A DNA stretch of 64,000 nt from Desulfomonilia bacterium (GTDB taxonomy: Bacteria > Desulfobacterota > Desulfomonilia > UBA1062): contig CAXXDQ010000003.1 in NCBI GenBank assembly GCA_963664325.2, positions 1,120,001 to 1,184,000 on the forward strand. Reading direction: 5' to 3'. Positions 17,960-28,628 of the stretch are shown here, piece by piece (position 1 is the first letter of the stretch; every line of letters begins with the position of its first letter). Position numbers and translations under genes: made by a program. The notes beneath the pieces were generated by a model, which did not search any database, was not told the DNA's origin, and was given only the letters and a program-made list of their open reading frames with translations.

Positions 17960-19696
17960 ATGCACTATGACCTCATCATCTGTAACGGGACCATTGTTGA
18001 TGGAAGCGGTAAAAAAAGATTCACTGGCGATATAGCCGTCAAGGACAAAAGAATCGCTGAAATAGGCAGTCTCGCAGGTGCAACGGCGGACATCGAGATC
18101 GACGCCGCAAAAAAGGTGGTCTGTCCCGGTTTTATCGACATACATTCGCATATCGATTTTACCGTTGCCGGCGAGAATCATGCGGACTTGCTCAAGCCCC
18201 TTATTATGCAGGGGGTGACGACCGTGGTCGGCGGCAATTGCGGTTTTTCAAGCTGTTATGTCCCGGACAAAAACCGCGACATGACATTGACCTATCTGGA
18301 GAACCTTTCGGGACAGTCGCAAAAGGAGATCGTTGACTGGCGGACGCCCGCGGAATTCTTCAGCAGGCTCGAAAGCAAGGGAATACTTGTGAACCTGGGC
18401 ACGCTGGTAGGGCACGGTTCCCTGAGGATAGCGGCTTCAGGCCTGGTTACAAGGCTGCTTGAACCCGATGAGATGTCCCTGATGGAACGGTACCTTGAAG
18501 AGTCTCTGGAAATGGGTTGCCTCGGGCTTTCCACCGGGCTGCAGTATTTCCCCGGACTTCAGAGCGATACTGAGGAACTGACCAGGCTTGGCGCCATCGT
18601 TAAACGCATCGGCGGGATATTCACCTCGCACATGCGAAGCTATTCCCATACCATAGATAAGTCGATCGACGAGGTGAGCGAAGTCGGCAGGCGCAGCGGC
18701 ATCCCGGTTCAGATATCGCACCTCTACTGGCAGCCGTATTCAAAGGGACTGGGATGGGTAACCAGAAATGCCATAAAATTCGGTTCCTTTGCCTACAACA
18801 AAATGAACATTCCCATACCGATAGAAAAGGGGTTGGCGAAGATAATAGGCATGATTGACGCTAAACGAAACCAGGGCGTGGACATGGCCTTTGACCTCGT
18901 GCCCACCTCCCAGGGGTTTACCGAACTGTTCGCCTTTCTGCCGCCTTACGTTTCGCAGGGCAGCAAGTCCGAGGCGCTTGAGAGACTGGCAGATGCCGGT
19001 TTCAGAAAGAAGGTCTTGTACGACATTTTCAATGTGGAGCCTGACTGGCCTCACAGGGACGGTGCAACATGGTCTTTCAACTACCTCAAAATGACCGGAT
19101 GGGAAGGCCTGCGAGTTATGGCCGTTATGACCCCGGAAAACAACTGGATGGAAGGCCTGACCTTTGAGGAGATAGGGAAGTCTCTCGGGAAGGAGCCTTT
19201 TGACGCCCTGTGCGACCTGTTGATCAATGAAAAAGGCCAGGTCATGGTTTTTCATACCCCGCTCAAGCCCGACGACCCGTTTGCGTTCCGTTCCATGTGG
19301 CTGGGGTTCATGCATCCGTTCTCAGTTCCGGCAACTGATACCATTCTCAGGCCCATCGGGAGGCCGGCTCATGTGTTCTATGACTGTTTCCCGCGCTTCA
19401 TTTCATTTTTCGCAAAAGACAGGCCCATGATGACGCTTGAAGAGGCGGTGCGCAAGACCACGTCCCTGCCGGCAGCCATCATGCGCATAAAGAACAGGGG
19501 TGTCCTTGAAAAAGGCGCGTTTGCCGACATAACAATATTCGATTTTGATAAACTTGCTACAAAGGCAAACTTTTATAAACCGGATGTATACCCGGACGGC
19601 ATCGAGACCGTAATCATCAACGGCAGACCCGTCCTATTTTCTGGCCAGTTCAATAAAGATGTTCTTGCGGGTGCCGTCATAAGGGGTAATGAGTAA
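17960..19696 (+). CDS. N-acyl-D-amino-acid deacylase family amidohydrolase
   Basis: PGFIDIHSH, GVTTVVGGNCG, GLSTGLQYFPG, SHMRS, ISH, GAFADITIFD. Confidence 0.88.
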   Translation: MHYDLIICNGTIVDGSGKKRFTGDIAVKDKRIAEIGSLAGATADIEIDAAKKVVCPGFIDIHSHIDFTVAGENHADLLKPLIMQGVTTVVGGNCGFSSCYVPDKNRDMTLTYLENLSGQSQKEIVDWRTPAEFFSRLESKGILVNLGTLVGHGSLRIAASGLVTRLLEPDEMSLMERYLEESLEMGCLGLSTGLQYFPGLQSDTEELTRLGAIVKRIGGIFTSHMRSYSHTIDKSIDEVSEVGRRSGIPVQISHLYWQPYSKGLGWVTRNAIKFGSFAYNKMNIPIPIEKGLAKIIGMIDAKRNQGVDMAFDLVPTSQGFTELFAFLPPYVSQGSKSEALERLADAGFRKKVLYDIFNVEPDWPHRDGATWSFNYLKMTGWEGLRVMAVMTPENNWMEGLTFEEIGKSLGKEPFDALCDLLINEKGQVMVFHTPLKPDDPFAFRSMWLGFMHPFSVPATDTILRPIGRPAHVFYDCFPRFISFFAKDRPMMTLEEAVRKTTSLPAAIMRIKNRGVLEKGAFADITIFDFDKLATKANFYKPDVYPDGIETVIINGRPVLFSGQFNKDVLAGAVIRGNE

Positions 19697-19713
19697 AACG
19701 TTAGTGGGAAGGG

Positions 19714-20553
19714 GTGAAGATTATGCGAAATCTGCAGGGTAAAACGGCTATCGTAACCGGGGCGGCAGGCGGCATAGGGACACAGGTCGCAAGGCTTTTT
19801 AATTTAAAAGGTATAAACCTGGTGCTTACCGACATCAATAAGGCAGGTCTTGAGAAGACCGCAGGACAGGTTTCCGGCTCACCGCTTCTTTTTGCTTGCG
19901 ACATCACGGATAAAAATGAAGTTAGAAACCTTGTAACCGGGTCAGTGAAACGTTTCGGGACCGTCGACATTCTGGTGAACAATGCAGGCATAATCATCCC
20001 CTCCCTGTTTGAGGACAGCTCTTATGAAGATATCGAAAAACAGCTCAGGATAAATTTCATGGGGGCCCTAACGTGTTCGCGGGAGGTGATCCCTGTAATG
20101 AAAAAGGCCGGCAGCGGGCATATAGCAACCGTGTCATCAATGGCCGGGATCGTGCCGGAGACCTACAGTTCCATATATACGGCCACCAAATTCGCGCTCA
20201 GGGGATTTAACCTGACTCTAAATTGCGAGCTGAAAAAACACAAGATAGGCGTGTCCACAATATTCCCGGATTCCGTTGCTACGCCCATGCTCCGCTATGA
20301 GGCCAGCCACGGCGGCTCGCCGCTCACCTTCCTTTCTCCGCCGCAGGAGCCGGTGGTCGTGGCTCAGGCCATTCTTAAGGCCATATTGAAGAACAAGGCC
20401 GAGATATATTGCCCGACTTCCACTGGTGTATTCTCAAAGGCCATTATGTGCTGGCCGTGGGCCGTGACAAAGATATGGCCGGTTCTCGAATATATGGGCA
20501 ACAGAAACAGGCCCGTTGTTGAAAAGAAACTCATGGAAACGATCCCTGAATGA
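19714..20553 (+). CDS. Short-chain dehydrogenase/reductase
   Basis: TGAAGGIG, NNAG, YTATK. Confidence 0.92.
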   Translation: MKIMRNLQGKTAIVTGAAGGIGTQVARLFNLKGINLVLTDINKAGLEKTAGQVSGSPLLFACDITDKNEVRNLVTGSVKRFGTVDILVNNAGIIIPSLFEDSSYEDIEKQLRINFMGALTCSREVIPVMKKAGSGHIATVSSMAGIVPETYSSIYTATKFALRGFNLTLNCELKKHKIGVSTIFPDSVATPMLRYEASHGGSPLTFLSPPQEPVVVAQAILKAILKNKAEIYCPTSTGVFSKAIMCWPWAVTKIWPVLEYMGNRNRPVVEKKLMETIPE

Positions 20554-20623
20554 AAAGGGGAAGACAAAATAGAATATATAATTGATTCCGGCAACGGATT
20601 GACCTGGCCTAAGTAGAAGATAT

Positions 20624-20633
20624 TGACCGGTCA
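20624..20633. promoter_or_regulatory. Putative autoregulatory TetR operator
   Basis: Palindrome TGACCGGTCA upstream of tetR, matching the TGAACGTTCA core of the 16694 palindrome at 8 of 10 positions. Confidence 0.45.
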
Positions 20634-20681
20634 CATGTTATGAAATACCGGAATCAAAACGCCAAACACCGTGGAGATGAT

Positions 20682-21317
20682 ATGCAGCCGACTTTTCTCA
20701 AACTTCCCGGCAACCGGCAGGAAACAATTTTGGATGCCGCGGCCGGGGTGTTTGCCGAGATGGGGTACAGCGGGTCGAATATTCCGAGCATATGCAAAAG
20801 GGCCGGGATTTCAACGGGCGCCCTGTATAAATATTTCAAGAACAAGGAAGCGCTCTTCCGTGCCGTTCTCGATCATGGCGTGGACATAATCCATTCCTAT
20901 TACGACAACTTCGAAACAGGCGGGCGCCCGGTCTTTGATTCAATAAGGGACCTGTTTTACCTGCAGACGCCGTTTGCCGGGAAATACCGTTCATATCTCA
21001 TCATATACATAGATATAGGCAGCTCTTCCATGAACGCCGTTACCGATTATATATCGGACCGTGTGGAGAATATAGGGCGCGATTTTTTTTATAAACTTGT
21101 TAAAGAGGGAAAAAAGCGGGGCGAGATTAATAAACGCATAGACAGCATGCACGCTGCCTATATGATCGACAACTATGTTACACTTAATGTCTATTCCCTG
21201 GTGTCCGAGCACTACCGCAAGCGGTTTGACCGTTTTTTCAGCAGGGTAAGCCGTGATCTGAGCCAGGAGCAGAGGATAGACCTGATAATAAAATCCTTAA
21301 AGATGTTTCTTGAATAA
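20682..21317 (+). CDS. TetR/AcrR-family regulator
   Basis: ILDAAAGVFAEMGY..ICKRAGISTGALYKYFKNKEALF HTH; GGAG RBS. Confidence 0.92.
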   Translation: MQPTFLKLPGNRQETILDAAAGVFAEMGYSGSNIPSICKRAGISTGALYKYFKNKEALFRAVLDHGVDIIHSYYDNFETGGRPVFDSIRDLFYLQTPFAGKYRSYLIIYIDIGSSSMNAVTDYISDRVENIGRDFFYKLVKEGKKRGEINKRIDSMHAAYMIDNYVTLNVYSLVSEHYRKRFDRFFSRVSRDLSQEQRIDLIIKSLKMFLE

Positions 21318-21392
21318 CCTTGACAGGAAATCTCCAGATATATTTCATATTAGCAGAGATAACGCGTCAGGTTCTTATATGAGGAGGCAGGC

Positions 21393-22859
21393 ATGGCCGG
21401 GATGATGAGTGCACGCCAGTACGAGGAAAGCCTGAGAAGGCTCAGGCTCAATGTTTTCATGTTCGGAAAAAAGGTTACCGGCATAGTCGACGATCCGATA
21501 ATACGTCCGTCGATGAATGCCGTAGCCGCCACCTATGAATATGCCGGCAGGCCCGAGTATGAAAAAATACTAACCGCCACCTCACACCTGAGCGGAAAGA
21601 AGATCAGCCGTTTCACCCACATCCACCAGAGCACTGAGGATCTGATCAAAAAGAGCAAAATGGGGCGTCTGCTGGGATCGCTCACCGCCTGCTGCTTCCA
21701 GAGGTGCGTGGGGATGGACGCCATGAACGCTTTATCCATCACCACTCATGCAATCGATGAAAAATGCGGAACTGAATACAACAGGCGCTTCCTCAGATTC
21801 CTTGAATATGTCCAGGAAAACGACCTTGTCTGCGACGGGGCCATGACCGACCCAAAGGGCGACCGTTCACTGCCGCCCGGCAAACAGCCTGACCCTGATG
21901 CCTTCCTGCATATCGTGGAAGAACTGCCGGACGGTATTGTCGTAAGCGGTGCAAAGGCTCACCAGACCGGTGCTGTGAATTCGCATGAAATAATAGTCAT
22001 GCCCACGATCACCATGAGGGAGGAAGACAGGAACTATGCGGTTTCATTTGCTCTGCCTAGCGATGCGGAGGGGATCACCTACATCATAGGCCGCCAGTCG
22101 TGTGATACCAGGAAACTCGAGAGCGCGGGCTTTGACCGCGGCAACATGTTCTATGGCGGTCATGAGGCACTGGTGGTCTTCGACAGGGTGTTTGTGCCCT
22201 GGGAACGTGTTTTCATGAAGGGGGAGTGCGAATTTACGACGCAGCTGGTTGAGAACTTTGCCGCCTACCACCGCCAGAGCTACGCGTGCAAGGTGGGTGT
22301 AGGAGATGTCCTGATCGGCGCCGCCCAGACGGCGGCCGAATATAACGGCGCCGAAAAGGCATCCCATGTCAGAGACAAGATAATCGAGATGAACCACCTG
22401 AACGAAACCCTTTACTGCGGCTGCATCGCCTGCGCGGCGGAAGGCGGGAGGCAGCCCGGCGGGACATACCTTGTCGACCTCCTGCTTGCAAATGTGCACA
22501 AACAGAACATTACCCGGCTGCCCTATGAGATTGCAAGGCTTGCCCAGGATATTGCCGGCGGGCTGGTTGTAACATGCCCTTCCGCACAGGACCTTGAGTC
22601 ACCGGAAACAGGGAAATGGGTCGAAAAATACCTGAAGACGAAAGAGAACATCCCGACTGAACACCGGATGAGGATATTAAGGCTCATCGAAAACATCACA
22701 ATGGGTTCTGCCGCTGTTGGCTACCTCACGGAATCTATGCACGGGGCGGGGTCTCCCCAGGCGCAGAGGATTATGATTTCCAGGCTTGTTGATATGAAAA
22801 AGAAGCAGAAGATTGCAAAGGAACTTTGCGGGATAGAAAAGGGCGGTCAGGTCTTATAG
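21393..22859 (+). CDS. abfD: 4-hydroxybutyryl-CoA dehydratase (FAD/[4Fe-4S])
   Basis: CFQRCVG, AMTDPKGDRS, GAKAHQTG, YHRQSYACK (His/Cys cluster ligands), ESMHGAGSPQAQ. Confidence 0.92.
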   Translation: MAGMMSARQYEESLRRLRLNVFMFGKKVTGIVDDPIIRPSMNAVAATYEYAGRPEYEKILTATSHLSGKKISRFTHIHQSTEDLIKKSKMGRLLGSLTACCFQRCVGMDAMNALSITTHAIDEKCGTEYNRRFLRFLEYVQENDLVCDGAMTDPKGDRSLPPGKQPDPDAFLHIVEELPDGIVVSGAKAHQTGAVNSHEIIVMPTITMREEDRNYAVSFALPSDAEGITYIIGRQSCDTRKLESAGFDRGNMFYGGHEALVVFDRVFVPWERVFMKGECEFTTQLVENFAAYHRQSYACKVGVGDVLIGAAQTAAEYNGAEKASHVRDKIIEMNHLNETLYCGCIACAAEGGRQPGGTYLVDLLLANVHKQNITRLPYEIARLAQDIAGGLVVTCPSAQDLESPETGKWVEKYLKTKENIPTEHRMRILRLIENITMGSAAVGYLTESMHGAGSPQAQRIMISRLVDMKKKQKIAKELCGIEKGGQVL

Positions 22860-22955
22860 TAGAGGCTACTGGTCAAGGTATGGTTTTGCAGGGGCTGATA
22901 AGAACCTCGGTCCGCCTATGGGCATCAGACCCCTGATGAACTTGGAGAGAGGCGA

Positions 22956-24159
22956 ATGATAAACAGGAGCAGGTTTTGTAACAACTTGATGTTTGCATTA
23001 TTGGAAATCATAGTCATTCTGGCAGCGGTCTTCCCGGCATTTGCCGAAGATGCCGGCAATGGATCGACCTATAAAGATAAAACAAAATCAAGAGATAAGT
23101 ATATTTCATCCGAAGACGGATGGTTCGACATCAGCGGCTTCATTGACCAGGCCTACGGCTTTGCGCCTATTATAATGCCCATCACCGAGCCTGCTGTCGG
23201 ATACGGTGCTGCCGGAGCCCTTGCTTTCATAGACAAGCCCAAGGATGAAGTGGAGGAAGCGGGTTTCGGCAGGCCGAATATCACGGTTTGCGGGCGGGGT
23301 TGGGCACCGAGAACGGGACGTGGGGTGTATTCGGAGCCGACGTGAGGCAGTGGCTGGGCGACAGTCTTCAGACTCAGGTCGGGCTTGTGTATGCCTCCGT
23401 AAACCTGGATTTCTACGGCGTCGGGAAAGACAATTTTCTGCAGGAGCATCCGCTCAAGTACAACCTCGAACCGGCAGGAGGCATGGTCAATTTGAAATAC
23501 CGGCTCGGCAGGACGCGTTTCTGGACAGGGCTCAGCTATATGTTTGCAGAGACCCTGGTCACCTTCGACGATCCCATAGATATCCCGAGGATGCCTGATT
23601 TCGAACGCCACTCACGCATCGGAGGACTGACTCCGTCCATTACATTCGATTCAAGAGACAATATGTTCACGCCGACAAAGGGCACGTATATAGAAGGAAC
23701 GGCCGGACTTTTCAGCCAGGCCCTGGGAGGAGACGGCGAGTTCCAGCTGGTAACTCTCGACGCCATCCAGTATCTGCCTGCCTGCAAAGAACTGACGTTC
23801 GGTGTGGATCGGCGGGGCGACCTTCAGCTTCGATGATGTGCCTTTTTACATGAAACCGTACATCGAGCTTAGAGGTGCTCAGGCAATGCGGTATCAGGGG
23901 GATGAGTCCGCGCAGATGGAGGCTGAGCTCAGATGGCAGCTATGGAAGAGGTTCAGCCTCGTCGGTTTTGCCGGTGTCGGTTTCGGCCTGGAACGACTTT
24001 GGAAAATTCAGCCAGGACTCCACAATAGTAACCGGAGGCGCTGGTTTCCGTTATGAACTGGCCCGTAAATACGGGCTGCATATGGGCATAGACCTGGCGT
24101 TCGGGCCTGACGAGCCCATCATCTACGTCCAGTTCGGCAGTGCCTGGCTCAGGCCGTAA
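22956..24159 (+). CDS. Omp85/BamA-TamA-like outer-membrane beta-barrel protein, split by apparent frameshifts
   Basis: Signal peptide; fragments in successive frames give PITEPAVGYG, FDSRDNMFTPTKG, YIELRG, GFRYELARKYG..FGSAW. Confidence 0.7.
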
Positions 24160-24244
24160 GAGACAGAACGAAAAGGGCCTGTAAATTGCAAGCCGCAAGG
24201 CTGTTGAAACAGTTCTTATCCAGCAAAAGTGGGATGATTATCAA

Positions 24245-25213
24245 TTATTTTTTTCCCTCAGGAACAGCGGTTTCAACAATCGGCTTGCCCTGGAAGAAAT
24301 CCATCAGCAGTTGAGCAGTAATGCCGGGCAGCTCTTCCTGCGGCATATGTCCGCATTTGGAGATCTCGACAAATAAAGAGTTCCTTATGTTTTTTTTCAG
24401 ACTGTAACCGCTTTCAATGGGGACCCATCTGTCGGTATCGCCCCAGATAATGAGGGTCGGGGTGCTTATTTCCGGAACGCGTTTGATGTATTTGTCATAT
24501 TCCTTGAAATCGATTCCCTTCACAATGACCATAAGCGCATCCATTGCACCCTCCGAGCGTATCCTGTCATAATAAGCGTTTATCTGTTCATCCGTTATCT
24601 TGTTCTTGTCGTACATGACCTCGCCGATATTCCACCTGATCATCCATTTGCCGTATATGAGCTTCATGATCTCGCCGGCCCCCGGTACCCGGCCGAGGCC
24701 GATGACGGTCGGGAGTTTCTGGGGATATCCGGCCGCATCGACAAGTACGAGCTTCGATATTTTATCGGGGTGCATGAAGGCCATCAGCGTCGCCACCCCG
24801 CCGCCAAAGGAATTGCCCACAAAGTAGACGTCTTTAAGCCCTTTTGCCTCAAGGAATGCATTCACTTCATTTGTGAGCGTCTCGATGTCGTATTTGCTTT
24901 TCTCGGGCTTGTCGCTCCAGCCGAAGCCCTTCATGTCCATGAGCCAGACATGATAGCCGTTTTTCTGTAAGATCGGCGCAACCTTTTCCCAAGTGTACAT
25001 GGAGGAGGGGAGGCCATGCAGGAGGAACACATCCGGGCCGTCGGCCGGGTATTCCTTGTAATGAATATTTGCGCCGTCAATGATTATGAATTTGTCGGCC
25101 TCGGTCCTGCCCGGGATTTCACCTTTGGGTATGGTTTTTACAAAAAGTCCGCAGCCTGATGTGAAGATTAAAGCCAATGAGCACAAAATAAACATTCTTA
25201 TAATATTCTTCAT
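24245..25213 (-). CDS. Alpha/beta hydrolase lipoprotein (esterase/lipase-like)
   Basis: Lipobox FTSGC; LHG, GFGWS, GNSFGG nucleophile elbow, WGDTD, GHMPQ; GGAG RBS before ATG 25213. Confidence 0.88.
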   Translation of the reverse strand: MKNIIRMFILCSLALIFTSGCGLFVKTIPKGEIPGRTEADKFIIIDGANIHYKEYPADGPDVFLLHGLPSSMYTWEKVAPILQKNGYHVWLMDMKGFGWSDKPEKSKYDIETLTNEVNAFLEAKGLKDVYFVGNSFGGGVATLMAFMHPDKISKLVLVDAAGYPQKLPTVIGLGRVPGAGEIMKLIYGKWMIRWNIGEVMYDKNKITDEQINAYYDRIRSEGAMDALMVIVKGIDFKEYDKYIKRVPEISTPTLIIWGDTDRWVPIESGYSLKKNIRNSLFVEISKCGHMPQEELPGITAQLLMDFFQGKPIVETAVPEGKK

Positions 25214-25318
25214 GTCTTCTCCTATGGGATTATAACAACAGGGTGGGGTTAAAACGTCCAATCGCGTTTTTTTCAAGTGGAAAGGATACATTTTTTTATG
25301 GACTGCTTTGAGCTTTTT

Positions 25319-25339
25319 CACACCACTCACCACTCATAA
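25319..25339 (-). repeat. Heptamer tandem repeat directly after the deoC stop
   Basis: Minus strand reads TAG TTATGAG TGGTGAG TGGTGTG. Confidence 0.5.
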
Positions 25340-25999
25340 CTATCCATTGTCCTTGGCCTGCTTCATTATCTCGACGCCTGAACTGGTGCCTATGCGGGTG
25401 GCGCCGGCCGTGATCATTGCCAGGGCGGTCTTGTAATCCCTTATGCCCCCTGAAGCCTTTACTCCGGCCCTGTCACCCACGATGCTTCTCATGAGGGCGA
25501 CATCCTTAAGAGTTGCGCCGCCTGCGGAAAAACCTGTAGATGTCTTGACGAAGCCGGCGCCTGCCTTCATTGAAATCTGGCAGGCCTTGATCTTTTCCTC
25601 GTCGGTCAGAAGGCAGCACTCAATTATGACCTTTACAATGGCCTTGTCCTTTGCGGCGGCAGTTACCGCCCATATTTCCTCTTCCACAACATCGTAGAAT
25701 TTGTCCTTCAGCGCCCCGATATTTATTACCATGTCTATCTCCTGGGCCCCGGAGAAGATCAGCGTATGGGTTTCAAAGGATTTTATCTCGCAGTTTGTTG
25801 CTCCGAGCGGAAATCCTATGACGGCGCATGTCTTTACCCTGCTCTTTTTAAGCTCTCTGCTTACGAGGGGCACATAATAGGGGTTTACGCAAACGGATTT
25901 AAATGCATATTCTTTTGCCTCTCTGCACAGGTTGATTATCTGTGATTCGGTCGCTTCAGGCTTTAATATGGTGTGGTCAATGTACTCGTTTATTTTCAT
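25340..25999 (-). CDS. deoC: Deoxyribose-phosphate aldolase
   Basis: [45 protein letters not shown]. Confidence 0.96.
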   Translation of the reverse strand: MKINEYIDHTILKPEATESQIINLCREAKEYAFKSVCVNPYYVPLVSRELKKSRVKTCAVIGFPLGATNCEIKSFETHTLIFSGAQEIDMVINIGALKDKFYDVVEEEIWAVTAAAKDKAIVKVIIECCLLTDEEKIKACQISMKAGAGFVKTSTGFSAGGATLKDVALMRSIVGDRAGVKASGGIRDYKTALAMITAGATRIGTSSGVEIMKQAKDNG

Positions 26000-26952
26000 T
26001 TTTGTTTCACCTTTTCTGATTTTGTTTTCAAAAGGAGGTTCTCGATCTCGTGACGGAAAGGCATGGAAGGCGCAGTTCCCAGCTTGGTGACGGACAGGGC
26101 GCCCGTCGCATTTGCAAATTGCACGGCCGAGGACAAATCCATTCCGCAGGCCAGCGCCGTTGCGAGTCCGCCGTTGAAGGCGTCACCTGCGCCTGTCGTA
26201 TCCAGGACATCGACTGCAAACGGGTCAATGATATATTCCGCTGATTCCGCCAGTACGAACGCCCCTTTGCCGCCCATCGTTATTATAACGGTTCCGGTGC
26301 CTTTTCTTTTGATAAGATGGGAAGCGATTGCCGCGTCTTCAAATGTTGAGACCTTAATGCCCGAGATGACCGATGCCTCGGTTTCATTGGGCGTGAGGAT
26401 ATCGACCATTGCCAGGAGCTCATCCGGGAGTGGAGACAGCGGGGCCGGCGCAGGATTAAGTATGACCTTTATGCCTTTTGAATGTGCAATCTCCACAGCT
26501 TTGATAATCGCATCCATGTTTGTCTCGAGCTGCACGAGAAGCACGCTGGAACCTTCTATATGAGCACGTGCCGATTCGATCTCGGCAGATGAGATATGAT
26601 CGCATGCCCCCGGCGTGACCAGTATCTGGTTTTCACTCGTGTTTTCATCCACCATGATAAGGGCGGTTCCCGTGGGGTATTCACCGTCCTGCATGATGAA
26701 TGAGGTCTCCATACCCTCTTTGCAGAAGCTGTCCAGGGCGATCTTTGCAAAGGCATCAGTCCCTATTTTGGTGATCATTGTAACTTCTGCGCCTGACCGG
26801 CAGGCCGCCACTCCCTGATTGGAGCCCTTGCCGCCTGGGCCGATTACGAATTGCGAACCCTTGACAGTTTCCCCGTGCACGGGCAGGTGGTGTGCCCGCG
26901 CCATCAGATCGACAATGAAACTACCCATGACGGTTACCCGCGGTTTTGACAT
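25996..26952 (-). CDS. rbsK: Ribokinase / possible deoxyribokinase (PfkB family)
   Basis: [27 protein letters not shown]; ATGA overlap with deoC; GGGAG RBS before ATG 26952. Confidence 0.9.
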   Translation of the reverse strand: MSKPRVTVMGSFIVDLMARAHHLPVHGETVKGSQFVIGPGGKGSNQGVAACRSGAEVTMITKIGTDAFAKIALDSFCKEGMETSFIMQDGEYPTGTALIMVDENTSENQILVTPGACDHISSAEIESARAHIEGSSVLLVQLETNMDAIIKAVEIAHSKGIKVILNPAPAPLSPLPDELLAMVDILTPNETEASVISGIKVSTFEDAAIASHLIKRKGTGTVIITMGGKGAFVLAESAEYIIDPFAVDVLDTTGAGDAFNGGLATALACGMDLSSAVQFANATGALSVTKLGTAPSMPFRHEIENLLLKTKSEKVKQK

Positions 26953-26994
26953 CTTTTGCGCTCCCATATTAAATATTGAAGGTGCAAGGATAAG

Positions 26995-27026
26995 AAAAAG
27001 CGGCGCAAAAGACAAGCGCCGCTTTT
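26995..27026 (-). terminator. Terminator-like hairpin between GH1 and rbsK
   Basis: AAAAGCGGCGC/GCGCCGCTTTT stem with T-tracts possible on both strands. Confidence 0.65.
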
Positions 27027-27115
27027 GTTTTCATATAAAGTTTTTGTGCCGATCCGGGTGCTGTCCATGCAAAGCACGTATTACCGTATGTGGATAAACT
27101 CACTATCCCGGATGA

Positions 27116-28378
27116 TTATTCCCTGGGTTTATAATCGTCCGGGAGGCCGCGATCGGCAATGATGTCCCTGTATGTCTGGACCGCATCGGTCGGGATGCGC
27201 TCAAGTGCCGGATCGCTCAGGACATTCACGGTATACAGGCCGAAGCGCTCATCATAATCACCCCATTCATAGTTGTCTGTAAGAGACCAGTAGAAATAGC
27301 CTATCACCTTCACTCCCTCGTTCATGGCCTTCTGCATCCAGTAGACATGGGATTTAAGGTGCTCGGACCTCGTCCAGCCGTCCGGCCGCGGCTTGCCGTT
27401 CTCGGTGGCCATTCCGTTTTCAGCGATCATGATGGGCAGACCGGGATATTCCCGGCCGTATTTTTTCAGGGCCTTGTACAGGCCCTCGGGGTATAAGGTG
27501 CAGAGCCACTTCTTTCCGTCGGCCGGCAGCAGGCCATAGAGTGAAGTGAAGTTATAGTAATAGTCTATGGCGAGGAAATCGATCTTGTCGTCTATATCGT
27601 CGAGCACATATTCTCTCTGAATGATATCACTGTTGATAATGAAACCCAGGAGCCAGTGCCTGAACTGCATGTAATACATGTTTGCTGATACAAGGCTTTC
27701 CGGGTCAAGCTTATGGATGAGGTCATAGGCTTTTCTATGGGCAGTGACGATGTTTTCCTTGACCTTGCCGGCGGCGAACGGGTCGATCTTGCCTGGAGCT
27801 GTAAAGCCGACTGCCCAAGACATGATCGGCCATAAATTGGGCTCGTTGAAGGTAATCCAGTACTTAACCCTGTCACCGTAGCGGGCCACCACCAGGTCGA
27901 CGTAGCGAAGGTAGTAGTCTACCACCAGCGGATTCTCCCATCCGCATTCATCCTCCAGCCACTGGGGATAGTTGAAGTGGATAAGGGTCACCACCGGCTG
28001 CATTCCCCCGGCAGTGATGGCGTCGATGAGATCATCGTAGTAGGCCAGGGCGTCCTGATCGATCACACCACGCGCCGGTTCGATCCTGGACCATTCGATG
28101 CTGATCCGGAAGGCATTATTCCCCATGTTTGCAGCAAGATTAATATCTTCTCTATATCGGTGGAGAAAATCAACAGCCAGGCCGACCCTGTCCTTGGTAT
28201 GTCCCTGACTGTCCCATGCAGCCCACACGCTTGTTGTGTCTCCTCCCTCGGACTGAAAGCCCGCGGTTGACACACCCCAAAGAAATTCGGCAGGAAACTT
28301 CTTCAAACAGCCACAGAAAAACAGACACACCAGAAGAAAGGCGAAAGCGGACAACTTACGGTAAGATAAACTCCTCAT
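27116..28378 (-). CDS. GH1 beta-glycosidase, predicted lipoprotein
   Basis: FLWGVSTAGFQSEG, SIEWSRIEP, TFNEP (acid/base), IAENG (nucleophile), DNYEW; lipobox FFCGC. Confidence 0.92.
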   Translation of the reverse strand: MRSLSYRKLSAFAFLLVCLFFCGCLKKFPAEFLWGVSTAGFQSEGGDTTSVWAAWDSQGHTKDRVGLAVDFLHRYREDINLAANMGNNAFRISIEWSRIEPARGVIDQDALAYYDDLIDAITAGGMQPVVTLIHFNYPQWLEDECGWENPLVVDYYLRYVDLVVARYGDRVKYWITFNEPNLWPIMSWAVGFTAPGKIDPFAAGKVKENIVTAHRKAYDLIHKLDPESLVSANMYYMQFRHWLLGFIINSDIIQREYVLDDIDDKIDFLAIDYYYNFTSLYGLLPADGKKWLCTLYPEGLYKALKKYGREYPGLPIMIAENGMATENGKPRPDGWTRSEHLKSHVYWMQKAMNEGVKVIGYFYWSLTDNYEWGDYDERFGLYTVNVLSDPALERIPTDAVQTYRDIIADRGLPDDYKPRE

Positions 28379-28628
28379 ACCACAATCCCCACTTTTCATT
28401 ATTTAAACGAAGAGATACACAATTATAAATCAAAAAAATTTGCTTCACAAGCTTCCGTCCAAAAACAGATTAAAAGAGACAGATCCAAGAGCTTATTCAT
28501 AAGGCCTGAAAGGAATTATCCTCTTAACCATAACCTGCCAAGTGGACAGAGATAATGAAGAGTGAATCGCCGTCCAGATTAATTGATTCTTCACTGTTTT
28601 GAATTCGCAATTTATGTTCCAAGCCTTG

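Noticed and set aside
23280-24000. Frameshifts in the Omp85-like gene as phase variation
   Set aside because: Several independent indels and no long simple-sequence tract; an assembly artefact is more likely.
27089-27097. Perfect DnaA box TGTGGATAA upstream of rbsK-deoC
   Set aside because: A single 9-mer in 64 kb is expected by chance at appreciable frequency; there is no cluster.
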